Of a stretch of DNA of 61,894 bases, positions 18,902-28,405 are shown in pieces; positions within the stretch are counted from its first letter, which is position 1; the number at the start of each line of letters is the position of its first letter. The notes beneath the pieces are model-generated. The model searched no databases, was not told the origin of the DNA, and saw only the letters and a program-made list of their open reading frames with translations. The translations under genes and the position numbers were made by a program. The DNA is from Acidimicrobiia bacterium (lineage in GTDB: Bacteria; Actinomycetota; Acidimicrobiia; IMCC26256; JACDBD01): assembly GCA_035938395.1 (NCBI GenBank), contig DASZGY010000019.1, positions 1-61,894 on the forward strand, given 5' to 3'.

Positions 18902-20653
18902 TCAGAGCGCGGAGTCGTCCGCGGGATCGGCCGAGAACGACGTCTCGTCGCCGCGCAGGATGTTCTTGAGCACCTTGCCGGCGGGATTTCGGGGCAACGG
19001 CTCGTCACGCAGCTCGACGTACTCGGGCACCTTGAAGTTGGCGAGGCGAGCGGAGCAGTGGGTGCGGAGGTCCTCGCCCGTGGCGGACGACCCGGGCTTC
19101 AGCTGCACGACCGCCTTGACCTCCTCGCCGAGCACCTTGTGCGGGACCCCGACGACGGCGGCGTCGACGACGTCGGGATGCTCGAACAGCACCTGCTCGA
19201 CCTCCACGCAGTACACGTTCTCGCCGCCCCGGATGATCATGTCCTTCGCCCGGTCGACGAGGTACAGGAAGCCGTCCTCGTCGAAGCGGCCGATGTCGCC
19301 GCTGCGGAACCAGCCGTCGGAGGTGATGGCCTCGGCGGTTGCCTCCGGTCGGTTCCAGTACCCGCGGCGCATGATCGTCGGGCCGCGCAGCCAGATCTCA
19401 CCGGTCGCGCCGGTGGGCACGGGCCGGCCGTCGGTGTCGACGACGCCGATCTCGACCGTCGGCGCGGGACGCCCGACCGAGTCGGGGTGGGTCCGGTAGT
19501 CGTCGCCCGTGTTCGACGTAGCCACGGACGCGCTCTCGGTCAGGCCGTAGGCGGTAGCGAGGGTCTTGCGAACCTTCGGGAACCGCTCGTGGATCCGCTG
19601 CACCAGCTCGGGCGCGGCCGGCGCCCCGCCGTAGCTGACGCGCACGACCGTCGACAGGTCGTAGTCGTCGAAGGTGGGCGACTCGACGATCCGCCACATG
19701 ATCGTCGGGACACCGCCGAAGCCCGTGACCTTCTCGCGTTCGATGGTCGCCATCGCCGCGTCCGGGTCGAACCGGCCCGGAGGCATGAGGACGAGCTTGG
19801 CGCCCGACGCGTAGCCGAGCATCATCGTCGACAGGCATCCGGTCACGTGGAAGAGCGGCACGACGAGCAGGGTGGCGGACTGCACTGTGCTCGACAGCTC
19901 GGGCGCGGCTTCGCCGCCGCGGCTGGCGTTCGCGACGCCGAGGCAGAAGATGTTCTGCAGGTTCGCGAGCGCCTGGCGGTGCGTGAGCGTGGCCCCCTTC
20001 GGCCGACCGGTCGTCCCCGACGTGTACAGGATCGCGAACAGGTCGTCTTCGTCGACGCCGCCGGCGGGGAGCGTCCCGGGGTCGTCACCGTGCAGCAGCT
20101 CGTCGCCGGGCCGGGCGACGCCGTCCGGTTCGTCGAAATCCGTCACGAACACGTGCTCGAGCTCCGGCAGCCCTTCCACTCGATCGCGGACCGCCTGCCA
20201 CCGCTTCGGGTCGCAGAACAACAGCTTGGCGCCCGAGTCGCGCAAACCGAACTCCAGCTCGTCGGTCTTCCACCACGCGTTCAATGGCACGACCACCGCG
20301 CCGATCGCCGCCGCCGCCCACCACAGCACGACCCACTCGACGTTGTTCGCCGAGACGATGGCGACGCGGTCGCCGTGGCCGACGCCCAACTCCCCGAGCG
20401 ATGCGGCGACGCGACGAACCAGCGTGTTGTGCTCGTCGTAGGTCAGGCGACGATCGCCCTGGACGAGGAAGTCGACCCCGGCGCGCCCGTCCGCCATCGC
20501 GATCAGCTCGCCCAGCGAGTGCAGCCGGTTCCTGTACACCTGGAGCGGGACGCCGAGGACATCCTCGGTGACGATCTCGAACGCGCCGCCCGGCCCCGTG
20601 AGCTCGGCGAGGACGGGGTCCTCGAACCCGGCGCTGACCTTGTTGGCGGTCAT
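18902..20653 (-). CDS. Long-chain acyl-CoA synthetase (class I adenylate-forming enzyme)
   Basis: YTSGTTGRPKG, YGLTE, SGDIG, DRAKDMIIRGGENVY, GKVLK. Confidence 0.93.
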   Translation of the reverse strand: MTANKVSAGFEDPVLAELTGPGGAFEIVTEDVLGVPLQVYRNRLHSLGELIAMADGRAGVDFLVQGDRRLTYDEHNTLVRRVAASLGELGVGHGDRVAIVSANNVEWVVLWWAAAAIGAVVVPLNAWWKTDELEFGLRDSGAKLLFCDPKRWQAVRDRVEGLPELEHVFVTDFDEPDGVARPGDELLHGDDPGTLPAGGVDEDDLFAILYTSGTTGRPKGATLTHRQALANLQNIFCLGVANASRGGEAAPELSSTVQSATLLVVPLFHVTGCLSTMMLGYASGAKLVLMPPGRFDPDAAMATIEREKVTGFGGVPTIMWRIVESPTFDDYDLSTVVRVSYGGAPAAPELVQRIHERFPKVRKTLATAYGLTESASVATSNTGDDYRTHPDSVGRPAPTVEIGVVDTDGRPVPTGATGEIWLRGPTIMRRGYWNRPEATAEAITSDGWFRSGDIGRFDEDGFLYLVDRAKDMIIRGGENVYCVEVEQVLFEHPDVVDAAVVGVPHKVLGEEVKAVVQLKPGSSATGEDLRTHCSARLANFKVPEYVELRDEPLPRNPAGKVLKNILRGDETSFSADPADDSAL

Positions 20654-20982
20654 CGAGGGTCGGGGGTCCTCGCCGGCGCGTCCTCGTGCTGGATCACGTC
20701 GAAGGACCAGAGCTCGCTCCCGGTGCCGACCGGCCCCTCATTGCTGTGGGCCTTGTGCCCGTGCTGGAACGCGGGGCTGTTGACCCACGCCTGGAACGCG
20801 TCCTCGGACCGCCAGCGCGTGTAGACGAGATAGACGTCACGGCCGTCGGTCGGCCGCATCAGCTCGAACGTCTCGAAGCCGGGGGCCTTCGATACCTCCC
20901 CGGCGCGGGCGGCGAACCGGCGCTCGAACTCCTCGACCCGCTCGGCCGGCACGGTGATGGCATTGATTCGGACGACACTCAT
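20650..20982 (-). CDS. mhuD: MhuD/IsdG-like heme-degrading monooxygenase (ABM family)
   Basis: MSVVRINAI (catalytic Asn), RFAARA, WRSEDAFQAW, downstream His; closely resembles the mycobacterial MhuD pattern. Confidence 0.75.
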   Translation of the reverse strand: MSVVRINAITVPAERVEEFERRFAARAGEVSKAPGFETFELMRPTDGRDVYLVYTRWRSEDAFQAWVNSPAFQHGHKAHSNEGPVGTGSELWSFDVIQHEDAPARTPDPR

Positions 20983-21065
20983 GGTGTCTTTCTACCGTCT
21001 CCGGCCCGCCAGCGGATCCGCCCGTGCCTCCGATGCCGGGACGGCCGCCGGGTGAAAATATGCTG

Positions 21066-21247
21066 ATGGAAGGGTCTGGTAGGACCTTCCGGTTCGTGGT
21101 TTACTCGTCCCTAGCGAGGGGAAACATCCGGTGCGCAACCCCTTCGGGGGATGCGCGAAGATCGCGGTGATCCCGGTCTCGTCCGGGAGCCCAGTTTGGT
21201 GAGTCGGCGGGCCGTCCCTGCCCCGGTCCGTCGACTCGCCTTTTTTT
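21066..21247 (+). ncRNA. Candidate structured small RNA (~180 nt), family not recognised
   Basis: Consecutive hairpins including GCGCA-ACCCC-TTCG-GGGG-ATGCGC, then a long terminator with T7 on the + strand; both neighbouring CDSs are on the - strand. Confidence 0.65.
21198..21247 (+). terminator. Intrinsic terminator
   Basis: GGTGAGTCGGCGGGCCG / CGGTCCGTCGACTCGCC 17-bp stem with G-U pairs followed by TTTTTTT. Confidence 0.85.
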
Positions 21248-21267
21248 GTCCCCTTTTCTCCGGCGTC

Positions 21268-22095
21268 TCAGCCCTGTTCGCGGAGAAACCGTTCGATCTC
21301 CGACGCGAGCTCGTCGCCGCTGGGGATCTCGCCCGAGTCTTCGGAGGCTTCGATGTTGCGCACCATCTCGGCGACGTCGGGCCGCTCTGACAAGCCCTCC
21401 TCGACTCGCCGGAGGTACTCGTCGACCTGGCTGTCGAGCGCGGTGAGGTCGGTTTCTACGCCGGCAAGCTCGCGCACCCGCGACAGCAGCGCGCTGATCG
21501 CGGGCGGTGACGGGGTCGCCGACACGTAGTGAGGCACCTGGGCCCACAGCCCGAGCCCGGGAATCCCCGCGTCGCCAAGAGCAACTTGGAGCGCGGTCTG
21601 CGCGCCGGTCGGACCGGTGTAGTCGGCGCGCCACGCGCCGACCTCCTGCGCAAGTGAGCGGCTCGTCGCCGTCGTGAGCACGGACAGGGGCCGCCGGTGC
21701 GACACGAGCGTCGGCATGCCCCCGAGGCCGACCATCATGCTCACGCCGAGCCGCTGCGCCATCTCCACGAGCTCCTCGCTGAACGCCCGCCAGCGCAGCG
21801 ACGGCTCCGGCCCGTGGCACAGCACGACGTCGCGACCCGCCCTTCCCGCGACCAAATCGATCGCGGGCCACTTGATCTCGCGGGTCGCGCCGTCGACGAG
21901 ATGGACGGAAGGCCGTGTCTGCTGGAGATCGACAAGATCCGTGAGGTCGACGCGACCGAACGCGGCTGCCGAGTCGAGCTGGTCGCTCAGGACGGCCGCG
22001 GCGCCGGCGCCGGCCAGTCCGGCGTCGACCCAGCCTGACAACGCGACGACGAGCACCGGATCGCGTAGATCAGGCCACCGATCGACATCCAACAA
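21268..22095 (-). CDS. PAC2-family (proteasome assembly chaperone-like) protein
   Basis: GWVDAG, RP, GPEPSLRW, YTGPTG, WAQVPHYV, SGDELASEIERFLR. Confidence 0.9.
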   Translation of the reverse strand: MLDVDRWPDLRDPVLVVALSGWVDAGLAGAGAAAVLSDQLDSAAAFGRVDLTDLVDLQQTRPSVHLVDGATREIKWPAIDLVAGRAGRDVVLCHGPEPSLRWRAFSEELVEMAQRLGVSMMVGLGGMPTLVSHRRPLSVLTTATSRSLAQEVGAWRADYTGPTGAQTALQVALGDAGIPGLGLWAQVPHYVSATPSPPAISALLSRVRELAGVETDLTALDSQVDEYLRRVEEGLSERPDVAEMVRNIEASEDSGEIPSGDELASEIERFLREQG

Positions 22096-22220
22096 TTTCT
22101 CTCCTGTCGCCGTGCAAGCTCCGGCTTTGCGGAACGGTCGGCAAAGCCGCCGTCTCCGCGAACACCTTACGGGCGTTCGCTCGCGGGCGCGAGCGGCCCG
22201 CCCGATAGATTCACGATCCC

Positions 22221-23171
22221 ATGCGTTTGCGCATCTTCACGGAGCCGCAGCAAGGCGCGTCGTACGACGACCTGCTCGCAGTGGCCCGGACCGCAGAGGA
22301 GCTCGGCTTCGACGCGTTCTTTCGCTCGGACCACTACCTGCGCATGGGCGACGGCGACGCCGGGCCCGGTCCCAGCGACGCGTGGATCACCCTCGCGGGC
22401 CTGGCGCGGGAGACGTCGCGAGTGCGTCTGGGAACGCTTGTCACGGCGAGCACGTTCCGGTTGCCCGGGCCGCTCGCGATCGCCGTAGCACAAGTCGACG
22501 CCATGAGTCGCGGGCGCGTCGAGCTCGGGATCGGCGCCGGCTGGTACGAGGACGAGCATCGCGCGCACGGCATTCCGTTCCCGTCGACGCGAGAGAGGTT
22601 CGACCGGCTCGAGGAGCAGCTGGCGATCATCACCGGCATGTGGACCACGCCCGCCGGTGAGCGGTTCTCGTACCACGGCCGCTACTACGAGCTCACCGAT
22701 TCCCCGGCACTTCCGAAGCCGGTACAGCAGCCGCATCCGCCGATCATCATCGGCGGCTACGGCACGGAGCGGACGCCGGCGCTGGCGGCGCGGTACGCGC
22801 AGGAGTTCAACCTGCCCTTTCCGCCCCTCGAGGTGTACGGCGAGTACGTCGAGCGCGTGAGGCAGGCCTGCACCGACGCGGGACGCGACCCGGCGACGCT
22901 GCGCACGACGGTCGCGCTCGTCGTGTGCTGCGGGCGCGACGAAGCCGAGTTCCGGCGGCGCGCCGACGCCATCGGCCGGGAGCCCGACGAGTTGCGCGCG
23001 AACGGCGCCGCCGGACTGCCAGGTGAGGTCGTCGACAAGCTGCGGGCGTTCGCGGCGGCAGGCGCCGAGGCGGCGTACCTCCAGGTCCTCGACGTGTCCG
23101 ACCTCGACCAGCTCGGGCTCATCGCAGCCGAGGTCATGCCCGAGGTCGGCGCGCAGTTGGGGGCGGCGTGA
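22221..23171 (+). CDS. LLM-class F420-dependent oxidoreductase (Rv1855c-like)
   Basis: MRLRIFTEPQQGA, FFRSDHY, DAWITLAGLARET, GRVELGIGAGW. Confidence 0.9.
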   Translation: MRLRIFTEPQQGASYDDLLAVARTAEELGFDAFFRSDHYLRMGDGDAGPGPSDAWITLAGLARETSRVRLGTLVTASTFRLPGPLAIAVAQVDAMSRGRVELGIGAGWYEDEHRAHGIPFPSTRERFDRLEEQLAIITGMWTTPAGERFSYHGRYYELTDSPALPKPVQQPHPPIIIGGYGTERTPALAARYAQEFNLPFPPLEVYGEYVERVRQACTDAGRDPATLRTTVALVVCCGRDEAEFRRRADAIGREPDELRANGAAGLPGEVVDKLRAFAAAGAEAAYLQVLDVSDLDQLGLIAAEVMPEVGAQLGAA

Positions 23172-24067
23172 AGTTCGGCGTCCACGCCGGGCTGCAGAAC
23201 ACGACGACCGACGAGCTACGCGCGCTGTGGGGGCGGATCGAAGGCCACGGCTTCGATTGGATCTCCGTCTGGGACCACTTCTACGCCGCCGACGCCACCG
23301 GCGGCGCGGTGTGCCTCGAAGCGGTCGCCACGCACGCCGCCCTCGCGCTCGAGACCGAGCGGGTGAGTTGCGGAAGCCTCGTCTACTCGGTGGGCTACCG
23401 CCATCCGGCTGTGCTCGCGAACGCCATGGCCACCCTCGACCAGCTCAGCGGTGGGCGCATCGTGCTCGGCCTCGGCGGCGGCTGGCACCAGGGCGAGTAC
23501 GACGCGTACGGCATCCCCTTCCCGCCCGTGCCCGTTCGGCTCCGCATGCTCGACGAGGGGATCCAGTGCATCCGCACGCTGCTCACCCAGGATGTCGCCA
23601 ACTTCGACGGCGAGTTCTTCCATTTGCGTGACGCCCGCTGCGAACCGAAGCCCGTGCAGAAGCGGCTGCCGATATGGATCGGCGGCGCGGGCGAGAAGCT
23701 GACGTTGCGCACGGCGGCTCGGCACGCCGACGGCTGGAACGTGCCTTTCCTCGCACCTGACACGTATCGCCACAAGGTGCAGGTGCTCAACGATCACTGC
23801 GACGCCGTCGGTCGCGATCCGGCGACGATCACGAAGTCGGTGAACCTCGGGCTGGCGTGGCGGCAGGGCGACCTCGAAGCGCAGTTCGGGAACATCGCCG
23901 AGTTCGTGAAGCCGGGCGTGTTGATGGGCAGCGTCCAGGAGGTCGTCGACCGGATCGGCGAGTACACGGACGCCGGCGCCGAGTGGGTGATCCTGGCCAT
24001 GCGGGCGCCGTTCGACGTGGATGGCCTCGACCGGTTCGCGGCCGAGGTGCTGCCCGCGCTGGGCTGA
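23168..24067 (+). CDS. LLM-class oxidoreductase, probably F420-dependent
   Basis: WISVWDHF, YRHPAVLANAMATLD, GLGGGW, PKPVQ, IWIGGAGE; GTGA overlap with the upstream gene. Confidence 0.88.
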   Translation: MKFGVHAGLQNTTTDELRALWGRIEGHGFDWISVWDHFYAADATGGAVCLEAVATHAALALETERVSCGSLVYSVGYRHPAVLANAMATLDQLSGGRIVLGLGGGWHQGEYDAYGIPFPPVPVRLRMLDEGIQCIRTLLTQDVANFDGEFFHLRDARCEPKPVQKRLPIWIGGAGEKLTLRTAARHADGWNVPFLAPDTYRHKVQVLNDHCDAVGRDPATITKSVNLGLAWRQGDLEAQFGNIAEFVKPGVLMGSVQEVVDRIGEYTDAGAEWVILAMRAPFDVDGLDRFAAEVLPALG

Positions 24068-24068
24068 C

Positions 24069-25196
24069 GTGGAACCGCGCGCCGCAGCCATCACGGACCG
24101 GCTCGGCGGCGCCGCCGGTCTGCGCTGGTTCCGCGCGCCGGGGCGCGTGAACCTGATCGGCGACCATACCGACTACCACGACGGCTTCGTGGTGCCGCTG
24201 GCCGTGGACCGTGATTGCGTCGTTGCTTCCCACCCGCGCGACGACGGGCGCGTTACGGTCCGCTCGGTCGAGGTCGCAGGCGCAGTCGACGTCGCCGCCG
24301 ACGGTGCCGATGAGCCGGCGGTCGTCGAGCCGGCGTGGGGGCGGTACGTGGCCGGCGTCGTGCGGGCGCTCGCCGACGCCGGACGCGCGCCCGCGGGCAT
24401 CGACGCCGCCCTGTCGTCGACAGTGCCGGTGGGCTCGGGCCTGTCCTCGAGCGCCGCGCTGGAGGTGGCGATCGCGCTCGCACTGGCGGACGCGGCGGGG
24501 TTCAGGCTCCCGGCAATGGAGCTGGCGCGCGCGTGCCAGCACGGCGAGCACCTCGCCACCGGCGTGCCGAGCGGCGTGATGGACCAGCTCGTCGCGCTCC
24601 TCGGGCGAGCCGACCACGCGTTGCTCATCGACTGCCGCACGTTCGCCGCCGAGCCGATCGCGTTGCCGGACGCGCTCGCAGTGCTCGTGCTGCATTCCGG
24701 GCTCCCACGCAGACTGGCGGAGAGTGCCTACGCCGAACGGCGCGCCGACGGCGAACGCGTCGCCGCCCAGCTCGGCGTGCGCGCGCTGCGGGACGCGTCG
24801 TTCGAGGCGGTGCGCGACGAACCGAGAGGCCGTCACGTCGTCACCGAGAACCAGCGCGTCCTCCAGTTCGCCGACGCCCTGCGCGCCGGAGACACCGCCG
24901 CGCTCGGCTCGCTGATGTTCGCCAGCCACGCCAGCCTGCGCGACGACTACGAAGTCTCGACACCTGAGCTCGACCTGGCTGTCGATCTCCTCGTCGAGCA
25001 CGGCGCGGCCGGCGCCCGGCTGACCGGCGCGGGCTTCGGCGGCTGCGTCGTCGCGCTGGTCCCGCGCGGACAGGTTCGAGTCGCCGCGAGCAGGACGGTC
25101 GCGAGGTACCGGGCCGAGACCGGCCTCGACGCCGACGCCTTCGAGGTGCATGCGGTCGACGGCGCCGGCCGCCTCACCGCTCCGGTCGGCGCATGA
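24069..25196 (+). CDS. galK: Galactokinase
   Basis: APGRVNLIGDHTDY, PVGSGLSSSAA (GHMP), GVMDQ, GARLTGAGFGG. Confidence 0.92.
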   Translation: MEPRAAAITDRLGGAAGLRWFRAPGRVNLIGDHTDYHDGFVVPLAVDRDCVVASHPRDDGRVTVRSVEVAGAVDVAADGADEPAVVEPAWGRYVAGVVRALADAGRAPAGIDAALSSTVPVGSGLSSSAALEVAIALALADAAGFRLPAMELARACQHGEHLATGVPSGVMDQLVALLGRADHALLIDCRTFAAEPIALPDALAVLVLHSGLPRRLAESAYAERRADGERVAAQLGVRALRDASFEAVRDEPRGRHVVTENQRVLQFADALRAGDTAALGSLMFASHASLRDDYEVSTPELDLAVDLLVEHGAAGARLTGAGFGGCVVALVPRGQVRVAASRTVARYRAETGLDADAFEVHAVDGAGRLTAPVGA

Positions 25197-27691
25197 CGCT
25201 CCGGCTGTCGGCGGCGGACCGCCCCCGTCCCGGCCCCGCGCCGGTCGCGCCCCATTCGGAGTTCGAAGCGGTCGCGACCGCGCGCCCGGTCCCCTGGTCG
25301 ACGGTCGAGCCGGGCAACGCGCCCGCGGGCAGCGGCCGCATCGAGGTGTCGCAGTCGGGCCGGTGGGAGCGGTGGGAAGACGTCGACGGTGACCCCTCGT
25401 TCCCGGAGGCGGGGGCACGCGCCGCGACGGGGCCACCCCACGACGTGGCGTGGCGCAAGGTTGTGGTCCCCGAGAACTACGGCTTCGACGAGGAGCTCTC
25501 GCGCCAGTTCGCGCCGGTCTGGTACCGGCGCACGTTCGCCGATCCCAGACACGGCGGGCTGCCCGAGTCGCCACCGCGTGTCCGACTCCGCTTCGCCGCC
25601 GTCGACTATCTCGCCGACGTATGGCTGAACGGCGATCACCTCGGTCATCACGAGGGCGCGTTCGCGCCGTTCGGGTTCGACGTGACCGACCAGCTGGCGA
25701 AGAACAACACCCTCCTGGTCGCGGTGCAGGACCCGCTCGAGCCGCTGGACCCGTCGGCGCTGTTCTTCGACCACCGCAAGCGCGTCATCAAGGGCACGCT
25801 GAAGTACCACGACAGCCGGCCCGGCGGCCTGCCGGGACGCATGGTCGGTCCGCTCGTCGAGGGCGGCGACCCGTGGGTGTGGACGCCCGAGTGGGGTCAG
25901 TCGATGACGACGGGGGGCATCGTCGGACCGGTCACGCTCGAGCGCACCGGCGACGCGTCGCTCGACGCGCTGTTCGTGACGCCGCTCGGCGAACGCACCG
26001 TGCAGGTCGCGGTAGTGGCGACGAACCACGCGGACGACGACGTCGTAACGCGCGTCGATGTCGAGCTGGCCGGCGAGCGGGCGCAGCTCGACGTGACCCT
26101 GCCTCCAGGGCCGGGGCGTGTCGACGTGGTGATCGAGCTCGACGGCGTGGACCTCGCGCCGTGGGAGCCGGCGGGCGAAGAATCCGGAGATCCGGCCGTG
26201 CACGAGCTCCGGGCCGCGCTGGCGACGCCGGACGGGCACGCCCTCGACCGGCGCCGGACGCGCTTCGGCCTGCGCGCCGCCCGCATCGTGACCGACGACG
26301 CCGGGCATGCTCGACATCTCGAGGTGAACGGCCGGCCGGTGTTCGTGAAGGCCGTGAACTACATCCCGTGGCAGCACTTCGCCGAGGTCGGCCGCAGCTT
26401 CTACGACCGCGACATGCGCATGCTGCTCGACGCGCACTGCAACTCGGTCGGCGTTCACGCGCACGTCCAGTCGCCGCACTGCTACGACGCCGCCGACGAC
26501 GCCGGCGTGCTCGTGTTCCAGGACTTCGCGCTGCAGTGGTCCTACGACTCGGGCACCAAGACCAACCCGGGGTTCGTCGACACCGCCCGCCGTCAGATCG
26601 CGGAGATGGCGTACCTGCTGCACAACCACCCGAGCGTCGTCTACTACGCGTGCCACAACGAGCCCGCCCGGATGTTCGACCCGCGCCGGGCCGACGACGG
26701 GCCCGAGACCGACCGGGGTGAGACGCACCTCGACGCCGAGCTCGACGCGACGCTGCAGGCCGTCGACACCGGCCGGCACGTGCACCGGGCGTCGGGCATC
26801 GGCGACGACGTCCACAACTACGCGGGATCGCTCACCGGCGGGAGCCTCTACCGGGTGCGCGAGCGGCCGGCGTGGTTCGTCTCCGAGTACGGCTTCTGGA
26901 CGGTCGGGCCGCAGGCCGGCAAGTTCGGCGATCGCGGATGGCCGCCCGATCCGGAGCAGATGCGCGAGTGGGTCAGCCGCCTGTCGTTCATCGGCTCGAC
27001 GTGCGCGTTCGCGGGACTGCCGTCACGGTACGGGTCGCGGGACGAGTGGGCCGACGCGACGCAGGAGTACGGCGCGGCCCTGGCGAAGTACCAGACCGAG
27101 TGGTTCCGGGCCCACCGCCGCGATCCGTTCATGGGCTACCGGTGGCACTTCTGGGCCGACTGGTGGGGTTACGCCGGCGGCGGCCTCGTCGACGTGGAGC
27201 GCGCCCCGAAGGCGACGTACGCAGCGTTCCGGGACGCGAGCCGGCCGCGACTGCTCGTCGGACTGCACGACGCCTCGGTCGTCGCGGCGGGAGTGCGCGT
27301 CGTGCCCATCGTGGCACTGAACGACCGGCTCAAGGGATGGCGGGGCACGGCCTCGTGGGAAGTGGTCGAGGCGACGTCAGCCGTGTTCGCGCCCGACTTC
27401 GACGGGGCCCGCATCGGCCTCCCCATGCCTCCCGACGCCGACGCCCGCGTCGCCGTGCCGCGATCACGCGGCGCTTCGATCTCGCGCGGCGACCTGCACT
27501 TCGACGCCGCCGCGTCCTCCGCCACCCCGGCCGGCGAAGTGACCGTGACGCTCGAGCCGGGCGAGTCGCGCACGATGCTCCTGCGGTGGGACGACCCGGA
27601 CGTCGACGCCGCGAGCGCTCAGGAGAACTTCGTGCACTTCCACTGCCCGGCTCCCGGCGAGGAGCACGGTCCGGGTCTCACTGCCGTCTGA
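25193..27691 (+). CDS. Cytoplasmic glycoside hydrolase family 2 (beta-mannosidase/galactosidase-like)
   Basis: WYRRTF, AVDYLADVWLNG...HEG, NHPSVVYYACHNEP (acid/base), VSEYG (nucleophile); ATGA overlap with galK. Confidence 0.85.
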   Translation: MTLRLSAADRPRPGPAPVAPHSEFEAVATARPVPWSTVEPGNAPAGSGRIEVSQSGRWERWEDVDGDPSFPEAGARAATGPPHDVAWRKVVVPENYGFDEELSRQFAPVWYRRTFADPRHGGLPESPPRVRLRFAAVDYLADVWLNGDHLGHHEGAFAPFGFDVTDQLAKNNTLLVAVQDPLEPLDPSALFFDHRKRVIKGTLKYHDSRPGGLPGRMVGPLVEGGDPWVWTPEWGQSMTTGGIVGPVTLERTGDASLDALFVTPLGERTVQVAVVATNHADDDVVTRVDVELAGERAQLDVTLPPGPGRVDVVIELDGVDLAPWEPAGEESGDPAVHELRAALATPDGHALDRRRTRFGLRAARIVTDDAGHARHLEVNGRPVFVKAVNYIPWQHFAEVGRSFYDRDMRMLLDAHCNSVGVHAHVQSPHCYDAADDAGVLVFQDFALQWSYDSGTKTNPGFVDTARRQIAEMAYLLHNHPSVVYYACHNEPARMFDPRRADDGPETDRGETHLDAELDATLQAVDTGRHVHRASGIGDDVHNYAGSLTGGSLYRVRERPAWFVSEYGFWTVGPQAGKFGDRGWPPDPEQMREWVSRLSFIGSTCAFAGLPSRYGSRDEWADATQEYGAALAKYQTEWFRAHRRDPFMGYRWHFWADWWGYAGGGLVDVERAPKATYAAFRDASRPRLLVGLHDASVVAAGVRVVPIVALNDRLKGWRGTASWEVVEATSAVFAPDFDGARIGLPMPPDADARVAVPRSRGASISRGDLHFDAAASSATPAGEVTVTLEPGESRTMLLRWDDPDVDAASAQENFVHFHCPAPGEEHGPGLTAV

Positions 27692-28397
27692 GCGAGTCCC
27701 GCAGTCTCGACGCCGCCGCCGGCGTGCGGACACCCCACCAGAACAGGTCGCGCCCGCCCACGAGGCGGACGTCGGTATCGGCGACGGCGGCGGAGACCTC
27801 CTGGACGTGCCGGTCGCGGAACGCGTACGGCTCGTCGGGGAGGAGGACGAGGTCGGGCCGGCGCTCCGCGATCTCCTCGAGCGCCACCCTCGGATAGCGC
27901 GCGTTCGAGTCGGCGAAGACGTTGTCGACGCCGAGCAGCTCCAGGAGCGACGAGCCGTACGTGTCCGCGTTCGTCGTCATCCACGGCCGTCGCCAGATGA
28001 GGACGGCGGACCGGCGTCGCTCGCTCGGCGCGGCGGCGCGCTGGTCGTCCAGCCATCGGTCCCATTGCGGCGACCGCAGCGACGCGGGCACGTCGGCACC
28101 GATCGCGTCACCCAACGCGACGACCGCGGGACCGACGTCGGCGACCGAGCGGGGCGACATCGAATGCACGCGCAGCCCGGCGGCGACGAGCGCGTCGGCA
28201 TCCTCGACGCGGTTCTCCTCGTCGTTCACGATCACGATCTCGGGCGCGAGGGCGACAATCGCCTCGACGTCCGGGTTCTTCGTCCCGCCGACGGTTGGCA
28301 AGTCGGGTTGCTCGCAGAACCGGGTGCACGCCACCGGATCCACGCCGATGGCGCGCAGCGTCTCGGTTGCGGACGGGACGAGCGAGACGACGCGCAG
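27678..28397 (-). CDS. BtuF-like helical-backbone metal/cobalamin-binding protein
   Basis: RVVSLVPSATE, TRFC, VGGTKNPD, EENR, LLPDEPYAF, DLFWWG; start uncertain (probable CTG at 28397). Confidence 0.85.
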   Translation of the reverse strand: MRVVSLVPSATETLRAIGVDPVACTRFCEQPDLPTVGGTKNPDVEAIVALAPEIVIVNDEENRVEDADALVAAGLRVHSMSPRSVADVGPAVVALGDAIGADVPASLRSPQWDRWLDDQRAAAPSERRRSAVLIWRRPWMTTNADTYGSSLLELLGVDNVFADSNARYPRVALEEIAERRPDLVLLPDEPYAFRDRHVQEVSAAVADTDVRLVGGRDLFWWGVRTPAAASRLRDSLRRQ

Positions 28398-28405
28398 AGC
28401 CGTGG

